DNA of 63,481 nucleotides, filler included, from Rhabdomonas costata (taxonomy: Eukaryota), in assembly GCA_019059605.1 (NCBI GenBank). It is 47 parts of 47 records of this genome, joined end to end, with 100 filler letters (N's around TTAATTAATTAA, not from the genome) between each part and the next. Parts side by side here need not be neighbours in the genome. Positions count along the whole stretch, not along the records: positions 50,064 to 51,316 come from JAHMHO010021835.1; positions 51,417 to 52,668 come from JAHMHO010021836.1; positions 52,769 to 54,020 come from JAHMHO010021837.1; positions 54,121 to 55,372 come from JAHMHO010021838.1; positions 55,473 to 56,724 come from JAHMHO010021839.1; positions 56,825 to 58,073 come from JAHMHO010021840.1; positions 58,174 to 59,425 come from JAHMHO010021841.1; positions 59,526 to 60,777 come from JAHMHO010021842.1; 39 more parts are not named here. One strand, given 5' to 3'. How positions within the stretch are numbered: position 1 is the stretch's first letter; each line of letters begins with the position of its first letter. Made by a program: the position numbers and the translations under genes. Under the pieces are notes generated by a model. It saw only the letters and a program-made list of their open reading frames with translations, was not told the DNA's origin and did not search any database. Shown here in pieces: positions 50,471-62,129 of the stretch.

Positions 50471-51256
50471 CTTTTTGGTAGTCTCGTATGGCAGGACCTC
50501 AGAGCCAGTGCAGTACACCAACGGCAGTAGAGCGATGGGCGGCACAGGCAGAACCACGGAACGAGTGGCGGCGGCCAGCAAATGCGACACAAACACGGGG
50601 CACTCTGTGATCAGTACAAAGTGTAACCCGCATCCTGCCCCAGAACTCGGATGAGTTTTTTTTGCACAAAACATCGACTCAAGGACGGGCACGCATCGCA
50701 GTGAAACGGCGACGACTTCTAAACAAGGATTTGGCGAAAAGAGATCCATGCCTTCGCCGGGGGTACTTTCCCCGTGTACAGTCAATGCGCAGAGCTCGGC
50801 CACCTCCGGGGAGGCGGTGAATAGGAACAGAGCGAGGAGCTGCGGCCACGGCAGCTCAGAGCTGGAGAATCAGAAATATTACACCGAAAGAGCTTGAATA
50901 ATCTGGAGCACATGATGGAGGGCACAAAACAGAAAGGCAAAACAATCAAGCAAAGAAGTGAACAGGGGGGTTAGTTAACAAATTTCAAGTGCATCTTTTC
51001 TTTTTACTCCAGTCACAATGACACACAAAAAGCAGACACAGGGTGCACGCAACGAAAAAGTGCCGCAGCCCTGTGGGAGACAAAGAGAGTAATTCATCTG
51101 CACGCACAGGACAACGCTAACCCGCCCGCGACGCAATTCGCGACGAAGCGGCGGGCGTCCGCCAGCAGCGCGGTCACATCCTCATCGCTGACGTTTCCTT
51201 CACTGAGGCGGTGCCCAAATAGCTCCTGCCGAGCTCGCTCCAGAGAAAGCACTCCT
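50471..51256 (-). CDS. Three-exon hypothetical protein fragment
   Basis: Exons 51256-51122, 50861-50752 and 50604-50471 with consistent phases; second intron begins GCATG. Confidence 0.45.
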
Positions 51257-52770
51257 CTGCAAGGGAAGGCCGACGGGTCAGCCCGACGCTCTGTGTGCGC
51301 ATCACCCCCACCCCACNNNNNNNNNNNNNNNNNNNNNNNNNNNNNNNNNNNNNNNNNNNNTTAATTAATTAANNNNNNNNNNNNNNNNNNNNNNNNNNNN
51401 NNNNNNNNNNNNNNNNAAGCGCTCAGCTCCCGAGGAGAAGCGCTGTCCCCATGCGGACGTCCAGCTATTCCCTCCTCCAACTCCAATTATAGGGTGCCAG
51501 CGGTACCCATGCCTGATCGGTTTTGAAGGTGATCCCAAGGTCCTCCAACTGTGCTCATGAATGATGCCAAAGCAGCCAGAGTTTTGCGAGACGCGCAAAA
51601 CTGCTCCAAAAAAAATCCCTTCCAAAACTTTCGGAGGATGCATTCGGGGAAGGGGAATATCCAGAGGGTGTGGGATCAACTTGCGCAAGTGCAACCTTGC
51701 ACATGGTAAGTTGTTGACCACCCCCAGAGCTTATTGTACCTGAAGAACGGCGTTATGAAGCCAGACCTTAATCACCCGCCCCACCAGCCCCCAGCTGGAG
51801 TGAAATCCACTGTTATGAGCAAATATGGAAAGTAGCGGGTCACACACGGTAGCGTGGGTGCAGAAAAAAGCATCTCAGGGGGCCAAGAAAATGAAAACAT
51901 GCACCCTTGCTGTTGCGAGATTCCCCAGCTGAACAAGCGGAGCAGAAAGCAGCTGAAAACGTGGGGCCTTGAAAAAGGGCAGGGAAAGGCGGGCAAAGAG
52001 GACTTCAGAAGGGCGCTTGGGAAACCGTTCGTTCGCGAGGAAGGAAAGATCGCACTGAACAGAACACGGGGTGAATCCCGCAACCGCAAGCTCACGCAAG
52101 CACCAACAGAGGCGACGACCAAGAAATGGGGGACAAGAAAAAACGATTGCCCTGAAATTGTCACGCGGTTGCCTCCCAAGCCCACACGGACTAAATTCTC
52201 CTGCCCCCTGTCTATGGGGGGGGGGCCTCATTTGTGTTCCAGACGGATTACCCCATCCCAGGGCTTCTCTCGGACGCTGCTCCCCTGAAGGTTCTCTTCG
52301 CACAATGAGAGCAGCAGCGCTGAGGGACCGTCACAGGGGTTAGCCTGGAGGGCCGCTTGGAACCACTTCTGGGCTGGATCGAGGCTCCCTTTGCTAAACT
52401 CGTTGAGCCCCTGAGCATTGGTAGTCGGAAAGTGATGGCGGGAAGGGCGGGAAGGATTACGTTTGTGATGGTGTTTTGTTTAGAGAGAGGGGGAGGGAAT
52501 AGAGAAAACGGTTTTGAGATGGGGAAAATCTTGATACCTTGTCATCCAGTATTGCTTTCTATAAGCTCTGTCACAAAGTCAGAAGCCGTTTCAGCCGTCT
52601 GCCGGAAACCAAAACGTTCCTATTTCAAGTTCCGGTTTACGCACCACCCACCCAACCACACCCAACACNNNNNNNNNNNNNNNNNNNNNNNNNNNNNNNN
52701 NNNNNNNNNNNNTTAATTAATTAANNNNNNNNNNNNNNNNNNNNNNNNNNNNNNNNNNNNNNNNNNNNGT

Positions 52771-54010
52771 TTGTTGGGTCCGACGAGCACCTTGGTTTCA
52801 GGACCTTCACTTCAGGTGGCATCGCTGCTTCCTGTGATTGGAGCTCCCTATCAACGTTACGCGGGAATTTGCGCGTTACATGCTGTCAACGAGCCCTGGA
52901 TGAGCGTGCTGGATCTCGTTGTACCGATTCTGGGAACCTCTTGCTCAGAACATGTGCTGGCTGTTTCGCCGGAAATGTTTTGGCGACGTCGGTCAGACAT
53001 TCCTTTTCTAATGAAGCAGCTCAGTTTTTACCATGTCGACTCCATAGTTGTTGTTCCTTCTTGGAAAGGCTTCCCATTGGATGCGTGCAGTCTGCCATCG
53101 TTGGATGTGATTCAAAGGGGCCAGCGCTTAGTGGTGGAAACAAGTCTGATGGCAGGTGAGATAAATCCAGTGAACTTCTCATTCAAGAAGCAGTACGTTC
53201 CTTGGAAAAGCAGTCTCTCTCATCTACTCGTTCATGATATAATCTGCACTCCGGAAGGCGCGCTGGCCAACTTCGGCAGCGTCATAGGACAACGTGCCCA
53301 TGAATTTTTTGCAGATCACCAGATTTTTAACAAAGCAGTATTCCCTGGGGCAGGTTACATCGACTTTGTTTTGGGTGGGCTGAGGAAGCCTTCTGCGGGG
53401 ATTCTTTTGCAGAACGTGAGGTTCGAGAATCCGTTTTTCCTTCCCGCCCGCACGGTGACCGGAGTGCATTTGATGTGCAGCATGGGTCCCAGTGGAACGC
53501 TTTCTGTTGCGACGGTTGCGAGCGGTGCCGCCGAAGAGACGCATGTTCGTATTCAGCGGTGGGATATTTTGCCACAGTCCACGGAAAGGGTCTCCCAGTA
53601 TGTTGCGGAGGCTATTTCTCGATGCACCGACCCTTGCTCCCGCCGGGATTTTTATAGCGAACTGCGTGGTCGAGGGCTTTCTTATGGAAAAGAGTTTTCC
53701 ACTCTGTTTGACATTCGGGTCGGCTCCCGAGAAGCATTTGCGCGCTTGCAGGCTCCCTCAGACATCTGGAAGGCCTTTTGCGTCCATCCTGGTATGATAG
53801 ACGGGGCACTTCAACTCGTCCTGGCCGCATCAGCAGCCGCTGAAGACCAGATGGCGCCCCTGGCGACGATGCAGCTTTTCCTACCGTCTTCGGTTGAGAG
53901 TGTTGAATGGTTTGAACAGGGTTGCAATGTTCTTTACGCTCATGTTGCGTTGCTTCCAGGGACGGCACGGCAGCTGGTAGCCAATGTCACAATATTCGTA
54001 AAGAACATTG
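52771..54010 (+). CDS. Type I polyketide synthase / FAS fragment: degenerate AT C-terminus or linker plus dehydratase (DH) domain
   Basis: More than 410 open codons; FSFKKQYVPW post-AT linker, FFADHQIFNKAVFPGAGY (HxxxGxxxxP variant), FY..L..RGL.YG..F, HPGMIDGALQ. Confidence 0.88.
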
Positions 54011-54586
54011 CAACCCAAAANNNNNNNNNNNNNNNNNNNNNNNNNNNNNNNNNNNNNNNNNNNNTTAATTAATTAANNNNNNNNNNNNNNNNNNNNNNNN
54101 NNNNNNNNNNNNNNNNNNNNTGGTTTGGGTTCCGTCATGGTAAAAGGGAAGCGAGCATAGTTATTGTGGCCTTCGTGTATTAAATATATGTTGGATGCGG
54201 TGCGACCCAAGCAACCACCCCCGGCGACGTCCTCCCCCACATCCTCTAACCCTACTTCCGGTTCTACAATACTGCATACTGATCACTATTCAGCTGAATA
54301 GTGCCTGGATGGTGCTTCCGAATATGGGGAGGGGGTATATAAACACACGCAAACCGATAATTTGGAAAGTTTGAGTGATGGTCAAATATAACCAGTACTA
54401 GCGGTGACAAAGCGCCTCTCTTGCCTCTCCTCGTGTCCCTGTCGTTATTGCTGCAGGAAAGCTGTTGCGATATGCAGTCAACTGCAAATTATATCCGACC
54501 CGTCTGATGACCAGCGTTAAACTGCATTGCGATTTCCCATTATCGGAAGTAAAGAAGTGAAATGCAGCGCCACACGCATGTCCAAC

Positions 54587-55366
54587 CCTGGCCCCAGAGC
54601 ATAGGTCTCGTAGATCAGCAGTCCTCCATTGGGGTTTAGGCACCCCAGAAGGGCCTCTCGGAGGGGCCGGTGTAGGTAGTTGCACACCACCACGGCATCG
54701 TAGGCGGAGTCTTGGAGAAGGTCCCGTGTGGCATCGGAAAGGCCTTCAACCCCTGGCCCGGGCCCAGCTTCGAGATCCACTTGCACGAGTCGAAGCTGCG
54801 GGAACACCTCAGTCAGCGGGGCAATAGCTTCAACAGAACGGTCCGCTGCCACAACAGCGAAACCCTGGAAATGCAGAAAATACCGAACAACTTGTCATTT
54901 GAACATGTGACATGTCATCAAATCCAAATTCATTTCTCGATTTATTGTCTCTGATTCGCAATTAACTAAAAGGTAGGAAAGCGCTATGCGTGGAGCACGA
55001 TGCAGACAGAGGTGCGACAACCACCTCTGGGCGTGCGCATAAGAACCCCGCACCCATTCCAGCTGGACGCTGGGAACTGACACCGCGACACTATTCAATG
55101 AGTCAGACCAGAGGCGGGAGAGGTGAGGTCGTTGGAGAGGTCGGACCACGGAGTCCACAGAATAAAGCACAAAGGGCGCTTCCAATGTGACCTATTCAGA
55201 AGGCCCGAGCTAGGTCGGGAAAAGAGGAGCCGGGTTTCAGTCACTCAGTGCACTGCTTCGTTCTCACTCACTCTTTCGAACCGCCGAGAGGAAGGGTATC
55301 GCGTTGCGCCCCGAGCCGCACGCCAGGTCCAGCACAAGACCCGCAGGCCGCACCTCCCTCAGACCA
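54587..55366 (-). CDS. Class I SAM-dependent methyltransferase (TehB-like), two exons
   Basis: Exon ~55366-55282 LVLDLACGSGRNAIPFLSA|GTTCG plus exon 54864-54587 GFAVVAADRS...VDLE...YDAVVVCNYLHRPL...LNPNGGLLIYETYA, phase 0. Confidence 0.85.
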
Positions 55367-57029
55367 CAAAACNNNNNNNNNNNNNNNNNNNNNNNNNNNN
55401 NNNNNNNNNNNNNNNNTTAATTAATTAANNNNNNNNNNNNNNNNNNNNNNNNNNNNNNNNNNNNNNNNNNNNGGTTGTGTGTGAAAACGCAGAAACAGCT
55501 GTGGCGACCTTTGCCTGTGTTGCTTAACATTTACGGACGCCACAGCTGTTTCTGCGTTTTCACATCCGGACGTCAAACCGCAAAACGCAAGCCTCTTCAG
55601 TCCTTTCCCAGCTCCTAACCATACCCTCTACAATGTGAGTCCCCGAGGATTGAGTCCCCAGCTTGACATCCTCTGCCTCCCATCTCTCTGCTAGCCGACA
55701 GGATCTCGGCACTGCCTTGTCGGAGTCGGCGTTCCGGATTCGCCGCGAGGAAGGGCCGGACGGCTCCACTCGCCGCCATGCGAAACGTTTTGTCGAGTTC
55801 CTTGATAGTACCCCCTTGCTCTCGACACTGCTCTTGTTGATCCCCTGCAGGTCTTCCGTGGCCACGTCGCAACGCGCACCTCAAGAGGTCTGTCGGGCAA
55901 TGGGGTGGGGCTTTCTTTTTTCTTTTTTTCTGCCGGTTGTTGCTGAGACCACCGGTGCATGGAGCAAAAGCATAGCTTTTCCCCCTTCCCTCTGACCAAC
56001 CTAAGGGTTCCACAGTCCATCAGAGAGGATCTTTGTCCATGGATGCCTCACCAAAATCAAACCCGCGACATCGGGCACGGTCACTCCCAAGCCCTAAGAA
56101 GAACAGCACCTTCGGCGCAAGCCACCAACCCGGTCAGATCACCCAGTTCTTCCAGAGGATCCATTGGCTTTCCGCCTTTCACAAGCAGTTCGGAAGGGCG
56201 AAGATGGAGAAACCCTCCGCAGCCGCCGTCCAAGACCCGAGTTCAGCGGCTCGTGGGGGAGCCCTCACAACCACCGGAGCGGCAACCATCAGACACGTCG
56301 TCCCGGACCTGACTTTTTAGATGAGTCAGATCTGAGCTGCAAATTCGACAGCGAGCCCGTACAGCGAGCCCTGTGGCGCTCCACGCACAACCAGACCCAC
56401 TTCCTAAGCAGCAATCACCATTTTGGCAGCCTGTGCACGTGGGGGAGCAAGCGGAACGAGCAGTTTCAATCTACTTGTCACCACCACAGATTTCTGCAGA
56501 TTAAGATCAGCCGGAATCACGGGCTTCTTCACCAGCACTTCCTACCAGTCCGCCAGTTTGCGGACACGCAGGAACCAGAGAGCCGCTATCCAGCTCACTC
56601 TCGCTTCGCGAAGCTTTCCATCAGGAGCTTCTTCCTTACACTCGGGAGTCGCTCAAACAGTTGCATATAACAGAGGCACATATTGAAGACCACCCATATG
56701 TACCCGAACCACCACCACCTGAGTNNNNNNNNNNNNNNNNNNNNNNNNNNNNNNNNNNNNNNNNNNNNTTAATTAATTAANNNNNNNNNNNNNNNNNNNN
56801 NNNNNNNNNNNNNNNNNNNNNNNNTTTTGTTGTGCTCTTTCTGTGCTCTTTTGTGTTGTGCTCTGGCTCTGTGCCTTCCGCAGCTCCCAGCAGAGGAAAC
56901 CCCGCGGGGAGCTGCGGAAGGCACAGAGCCAGAGCACAACACAAAAGAGCACAGAAAGAGCAGCAACAGGCAACGTGCGCCACGTCATAGGACACACAGA
57001 CGGTTCACTTGACTTATCGATATATTTAC

Positions 57030-57646
57030 GTTTGTCAAAATTGCGGGCCAGCCCCATCTGTTGAACCTCCCCTTTTCTCATGGTATCAACGTTGGGGGCA
57101 GCAGCAACTCGCAACTTCCAACGATCCTGGGGAAGGGGGGTATAAGACCTTAGAATCATTTTCTTTTTGCAAATGTTGTAGCACACTAATCTGGAAAAAG
57201 AGAGGGGGGGGTGAAAAAGACAAACTAAAATCACCACACAAGTGAAGTGACAGCAGCCACCCCCCCTATTGAGAAATGGTCGGGGCGGGGAGTTGACAAG
57301 CCCCAAGCCAAGCTGCCAGCACTCTCCAACCCCTGACACTCGGAAGGAGGTGTTAATGGCGGCGGTAGAGGAGGATTTTGTGCATCTACGCAGTTTGTGG
57401 ACGAAAAAGTGTAAGGTGTAAACATCCGTGAAAATAGCGGGTAGTGAGACAGAGTTAAAAAACTCAAACACGTACCGCAGAGTCATCGTAGGACTGGACG
57501 TGCGCTAGAAAGGCCGCCAGGGCGGGGGCCCACAGCACGGAAAGGAGGAGGGGGTCCACGCAGGCCAAAACCGCCGGGTCAGAGGTGCAAAGCTCCACGG
57601 CAAACGAGGGTTCGTCGTCGCCGCGAGGCTGCAACGCCCGGGCCGC
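57030..57646 (-). CDS. Two exons of a hypothetical protein
   Basis: Exons 57646-57476 and 57126-57030, CAG/GT-bounded, joined in phase 0. Confidence 0.45.
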
Positions 57647-58348
57647 CTGAAACCACGCACACACAAGCACATACACCACTACACATAAAAAAACTACATC
57701 AAGTAAGTAAATACTACCTAAAATCCAATTTTGTTCTCCCTGACAGAAAAATATTCAGGGATAAGAAATGCGCAATAATGTGCCATCTGCAAGCTTAAGG
57801 CTCTTGAACAACAGGCGATGAGCAAAACTTTAGTTTACGACGCTACTCGGCAGGACCTGCGCCACCGGCGGGACTGAGCAAGGTCAAGGTCAGCGAACAA
57901 GGGCAACCCCTAACTGACCACCTGAAGTGAAGTTGAATGGTACATACTTGAAGGGTTTGCTGCCATAGAAAGAGGTCATCCCAGGCCTCGAAGATCGGGT
58001 CTTGCATCCGAATTTGACAGCTGCAGATGCCCTCATAGACCCTGAGGAGAAAAAAACGATGACCACCACGCCCNNNNNNNNNNNNNNNNNNNNNNNNNNN
58101 NNNNNNNNNNNNNNNNNTTAATTAATTAANNNNNNNNNNNNNNNNNNNNNNNNNNNNNNNNNNNNNNNNNNNNACCTCACCACGTGGATAACTTATGACT
58201 TTAACAATGGCTGACGTTGAAACTGAAGCCAATGAATCTAAATTTTCCAACACCAAAACCTGTGAGGCAATGACTGCTACTATTAATCGACTCGATGTTC
58301 ACCACCTGCAAGATTCTAGCAGAACTAGCCGGAAGGCGACAGACATGC

Positions 58349-59172
58349 CCTCAGCTTCTCATGGGTTGGGGAGAGCAGCTGCAGCAGCTCCAGCTCCTGG
58401 TCCAGGCCTGCAGGCGGGGAGCCACTTGCGGACCTGCTGAGCTCGGCAAGGGACCGAGGGGCAACGTCTGTGTCGGGGAGCGGAGCAGCCGGGAGCAGAA
58501 GGGGCGCCAGGCGCTCCCAGCTGGGGTGGTCCAGCAGCCGCAGCCCGCACCGCAGTACAAGCCCGCCCCCCTGGGGAAGGTCCAGCCACAGCTCCTGCAG
58601 CCAGCCCCCCGCTACACACACACACACAAGCAAACAAGCAAAAAACACAACGAAACGGAGAAGGAAATGGGAGCCATAGGAGGGTGCCTATTTTTATGAC
58701 GGATGCAGTGCCTTAACGCAAAACAGCTCGACAGATTGACACCCAGGTTTATTATCGGCAAAAAGGTTGCAGGCCGAAAGAGAGAATCGGGACGACGAAA
58801 AGTGGTATGTGGGGCCTTGAGAGTAAGGAACAGGAAACTGGCCTGGGGTGGAGTAGTGGAATGACGGTGGGTAAGGATAACGCACACTTGAAGAAATTTA
58901 AGAGGTATTCACGTGCACGTTGAGTCTGGTGAGGGATTGGGAAGTTGAGAGGGGGTGAATCTGGCCTGAGCCTCCTCGCGCTTCTTCACGACTAGGCCAT
59001 CCCCCAGCACCAGCTGACACAACGAAGCTGCAGATGCGGGGTCGTCGCCCACACGCTCCGCCAGCAGCAAGGTCCGCGGCTCCGCCGACGCGACGGCAGG
59101 GACAGTGACCCACACAGGGCGCATCTCGGCAGTACTGGGACGAGCCCCCTTCACGTGCGGAAGCACTGCCAT
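58349..59172 (-). CDS. Exons of a hypothetical protein
   Basis: GC-rich open segments 59172-~58970 and 58611-58349 (TAG acceptor; GCATGT putative donor). Confidence 0.35.
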
Positions 59173-61066
59173 AGCTGGGACACTCCACTGCCCTGCAGCC
59201 CCGAAAAAAGCGCTGGAGGGACGACACAGAAGAGGGAAGGACTGAGCGAACTGGTTGAATGCCTTTATCGAGGCTTCTGTCTGGGAACCCAGCTAGTGCC
59301 CTGCCGGCTTTCAAAAGAACACAACTTGCAAAACTCGCGGGTTTTCTCGCGCGATGTTTCGCTGTGCGACGGGTTGTTGCCTCCAAAGAAAGCCGGCAGG
59401 GCACTAGCTGGGTTCCCACACACAANNNNNNNNNNNNNNNNNNNNNNNNNNNNNNNNNNNNNNNNNNNNTTAATTAATTAANNNNNNNNNNNNNNNNNNN
59501 NNNNNNNNNNNNNNNNNNNNNNNNNCGGGTGGTGGGCAGATCGCGGGCCACGTCGAGTTGTCTAAGGGGTTGATGAACGGGCAGTAGAACCCAGGCAAGC
59601 ATGACGCCTGCAGGCTGGGCGGCACTGTCCTGTTGCGCAGCACAGAAGCAACAAAAGAAGACTGAGGATGCTTCAGCGATCACTTCAAATTAATCGTCTG
59701 GGTGCACTCTGTCCAGTGCTCAGCATCAATGAGTCAAGGATCCGGCTGGCCGGTTAAGAAAAAGCCCAGATGCGAGCAGCAAGGGGGGGTCAATCCGTGA
59801 CCGGACAACCGGATAATGTGAGATGAGGTCAGGAGAGGACGAAAGAAAACGGAAGAGCAGAGTGCATTAGACTCTCTGAGTTAGGCATAAAGGGACACTG
59901 GTAGGGATTTTTCCAGGCACCGAAAAAGGTTCGAAACCACATTCACGGCCTATCGCGACCGATGCGCTCTCGAAACACGCGTGACAGGTACATCTCTTGG
60001 GTAGGGGGGGGGGCATTTAACGTTCAGAATTTCAAAACTTTCAGCAGCGCGAAAAGTAGCTTCGGCTGCCCTATGGAACGTCCCAACCCAGCCGCGATAG
60101 AAGTTTAGCAGTGCGAAACCGTGTTCAAACGCACCTCCCGCCCCCTCCCTCCTCCAAAAAAAATACGCTCGTCTCCCGTGATATTGAAGGCAACGCTTGC
60201 ACGGTTTTTGGCTGGGGGACACAGTTTGCATCAGCCCACACGATTGAACAGCTTCTCATTCTGCAGCATCCGTGCCTCCAATGGGCTTTAAGGAAAACCA
60301 CCGAACCAAACGTTTTCGGTGTGTCTCTCAGGAAAAAAGAGAGAGAAAAGAAAACAAATACGAAGCGCGGAACGAATATCCTCATACATCCAGATCAGAA
60401 ACGGGGTGGCTCCCTCCATCGAGCACGGCGACGCGGCCGCCCCAGCGCTGTCCACGATCCACGCCCACATCAACAGGCTGAGGAGCAGCCTTGTACCCGC
60501 CCGGAGGTTCATTCTTGCCTCGCTTTCGGGTCGGAAACAGATATGCACAACTTAAAAAATAAGGGTGGGGAACGCACAACAGAAGCACGTTGCTGAAGAA
60601 CGTTGAAGGCTTCACGGGACAGCGGAGGATCGTCCACAAAGCCAAGGACCCAAAATGACGCAGAGCAAATGCCAGCTTCTCTTGCGACAGCACAAAACTT
60701 TTGGCGACACAGGACAGTGCCAAAAAAAAGACTGCGTGCCACCATAAGCTGAGACATGGAGTACGGTAACCAAACCCNNNNNNNNNNNNNNNNNNNNNNN
60801 NNNNNNNNNNNNNNNNNNNNNTTAATTAATTAANNNNNNNNNNNNNNNNNNNNNNNNNNNNNNNNNNNNNNNNNNNNGGTGTTGTGTTTGCTGTTTGCTG
60901 TTTGTTGTTTGCTGTTGCTGTTTGCACGTGGACCTTTCGTGACCTGGGACGTTTTCCTTCCTTCCTTTTTACTTGCTTTTGTTTTGAAGCAAAGGCGTGG
61001 GTTACAACACAAAAGCAAGTAAAAAGGAAGGAAGGAAAACGTCCCAGGTCACGAAAGGTCCACGTG

Positions 61067-61129
61067 CAAACAGCAACAGCAAACAGCAAACAGCAAACAG
61101 CAAACAGCAAACAGCAAACAGCAAACAGC
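61067..61129. repeat. (CAAACAG)n heptamer repeat
   Basis: About 8-9 units. Confidence 0.85.
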
Positions 61130-61419
61130 ACACGACACGGAACAAGAAAGAACTTAGAAGCCGGAAGTTCTGCCCACGTCACACCCTCCACAACATGGCA
61201 CGGATCCCCGGTGAAGTTTTCATCCAGCATCCTGCGCACATCAGTTTCTGCTTCAGTCCCCCTTCCTTGTACACTGGGTCACTCCTCGCCGCCTCTAGGA
61301 GTGTACTTTCCCGCAGTTTGAGCTCTGATGTGGATGTTGGGGGAAACAAAAACCGCGAGGAGGGAAGGAAAGGAAGTTGAGAATGGAGAAGAAGAAAAAT
61401 ACAAGCTTTCTTTTTTCAG

Positions 61420-62129
61420 GTGTTTTGCGACGTGCGCGCCATTGAACTTGACGCTTTGAACGCGAAGTATGGGGTGAAAGTGTTCTCGACCCTCATGGTG
61501 TTCACCCCTGGCACGACAATTCCCAAATTGGTACGCTGGTACGACTCCGAGAGCTCGGGGAAGTGAATGGGAGTTCTTTTTTTTGGAGGGGGGGGGTTTG
61601 GTCATTCCGGCCCTTTTTGCATGCCAACGAGGAGGGGTCCGAACCCTCAAACAGAGAGAAATGCCAGACGGGAAACAGAAGCCAGTCGAATTTTCTTGTC
61701 GCTTGGGTGGGGGGAATGTCAATAGTACACGGGGGCGAACGTGGTGGCTGACATCGTGGCTTGGCTGAAGCCTCTGGCGTTGCCAGAGTCCGCCCATAGG
61801 CAGGCCCTGTTCAAGAGACAGCAGGTGCGCTTTGTTTTCACATGCTCTCCCTTCTTTCCTTTCCTGCTTCACAATTTGTGTCGATTTCTTTCCCAACCCG
61901 AAACGTGGCTCCTTGTCTCTTGTACGTCATTAACTCCTTCCTGCATTTTGAACATCTCTGCCCTCTGGCGCTTATCAGATTAGGTGAGAATAGAAAGCAC
62001 AACAGATGACACTCCAAAGAGCAACAAATCGACACTCCAAAAATAAAATCAACGTCACATCTACCAACTGACCTTGTTCGCGTTGTTTTGAAGGCAGCAC
62101 TGGAGGCGGAGCAAGCTGCGTTGTTGCGC
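61420..62129 (+). CDS. Thioredoxin/PDI-like domain C-terminus followed by a coiled coil, three exons
   Basis: Exons 61420-61530 (VFCD...LNAKYGVKVFSTLMVF), 61726-61824 (YTGANVVADIVAWLK) and 62094-62129, all phase 0; mostly missing from the ORF track. Confidence 0.6.

Noticed and set aside
46006..55372. Biosynthetic cluster of PEP-mutase-like, OYE, PKS and methyltransferase genes
   Set aside because: The genes sit on different contigs, apparently ordered by length, so adjacency is accidental.
55990..56700. Overlapping long ORFs on both strands
   Set aside because: No motif or consistent splice structure; expected by chance in GC-rich DNA.
56825..56965. Long perfect hairpins (also 60884-61105, 55482-55562, 59282-59418) as MITEs, terminators or pre-miRNAs
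   Set aside because: All abut contig ends and fit the fold-back chimera pattern.
59880..59950. tRNA or SINE suggested by a GGTTCGAAACC B-box
   Set aside because: No cloverleaf or convincing A-box can be built.
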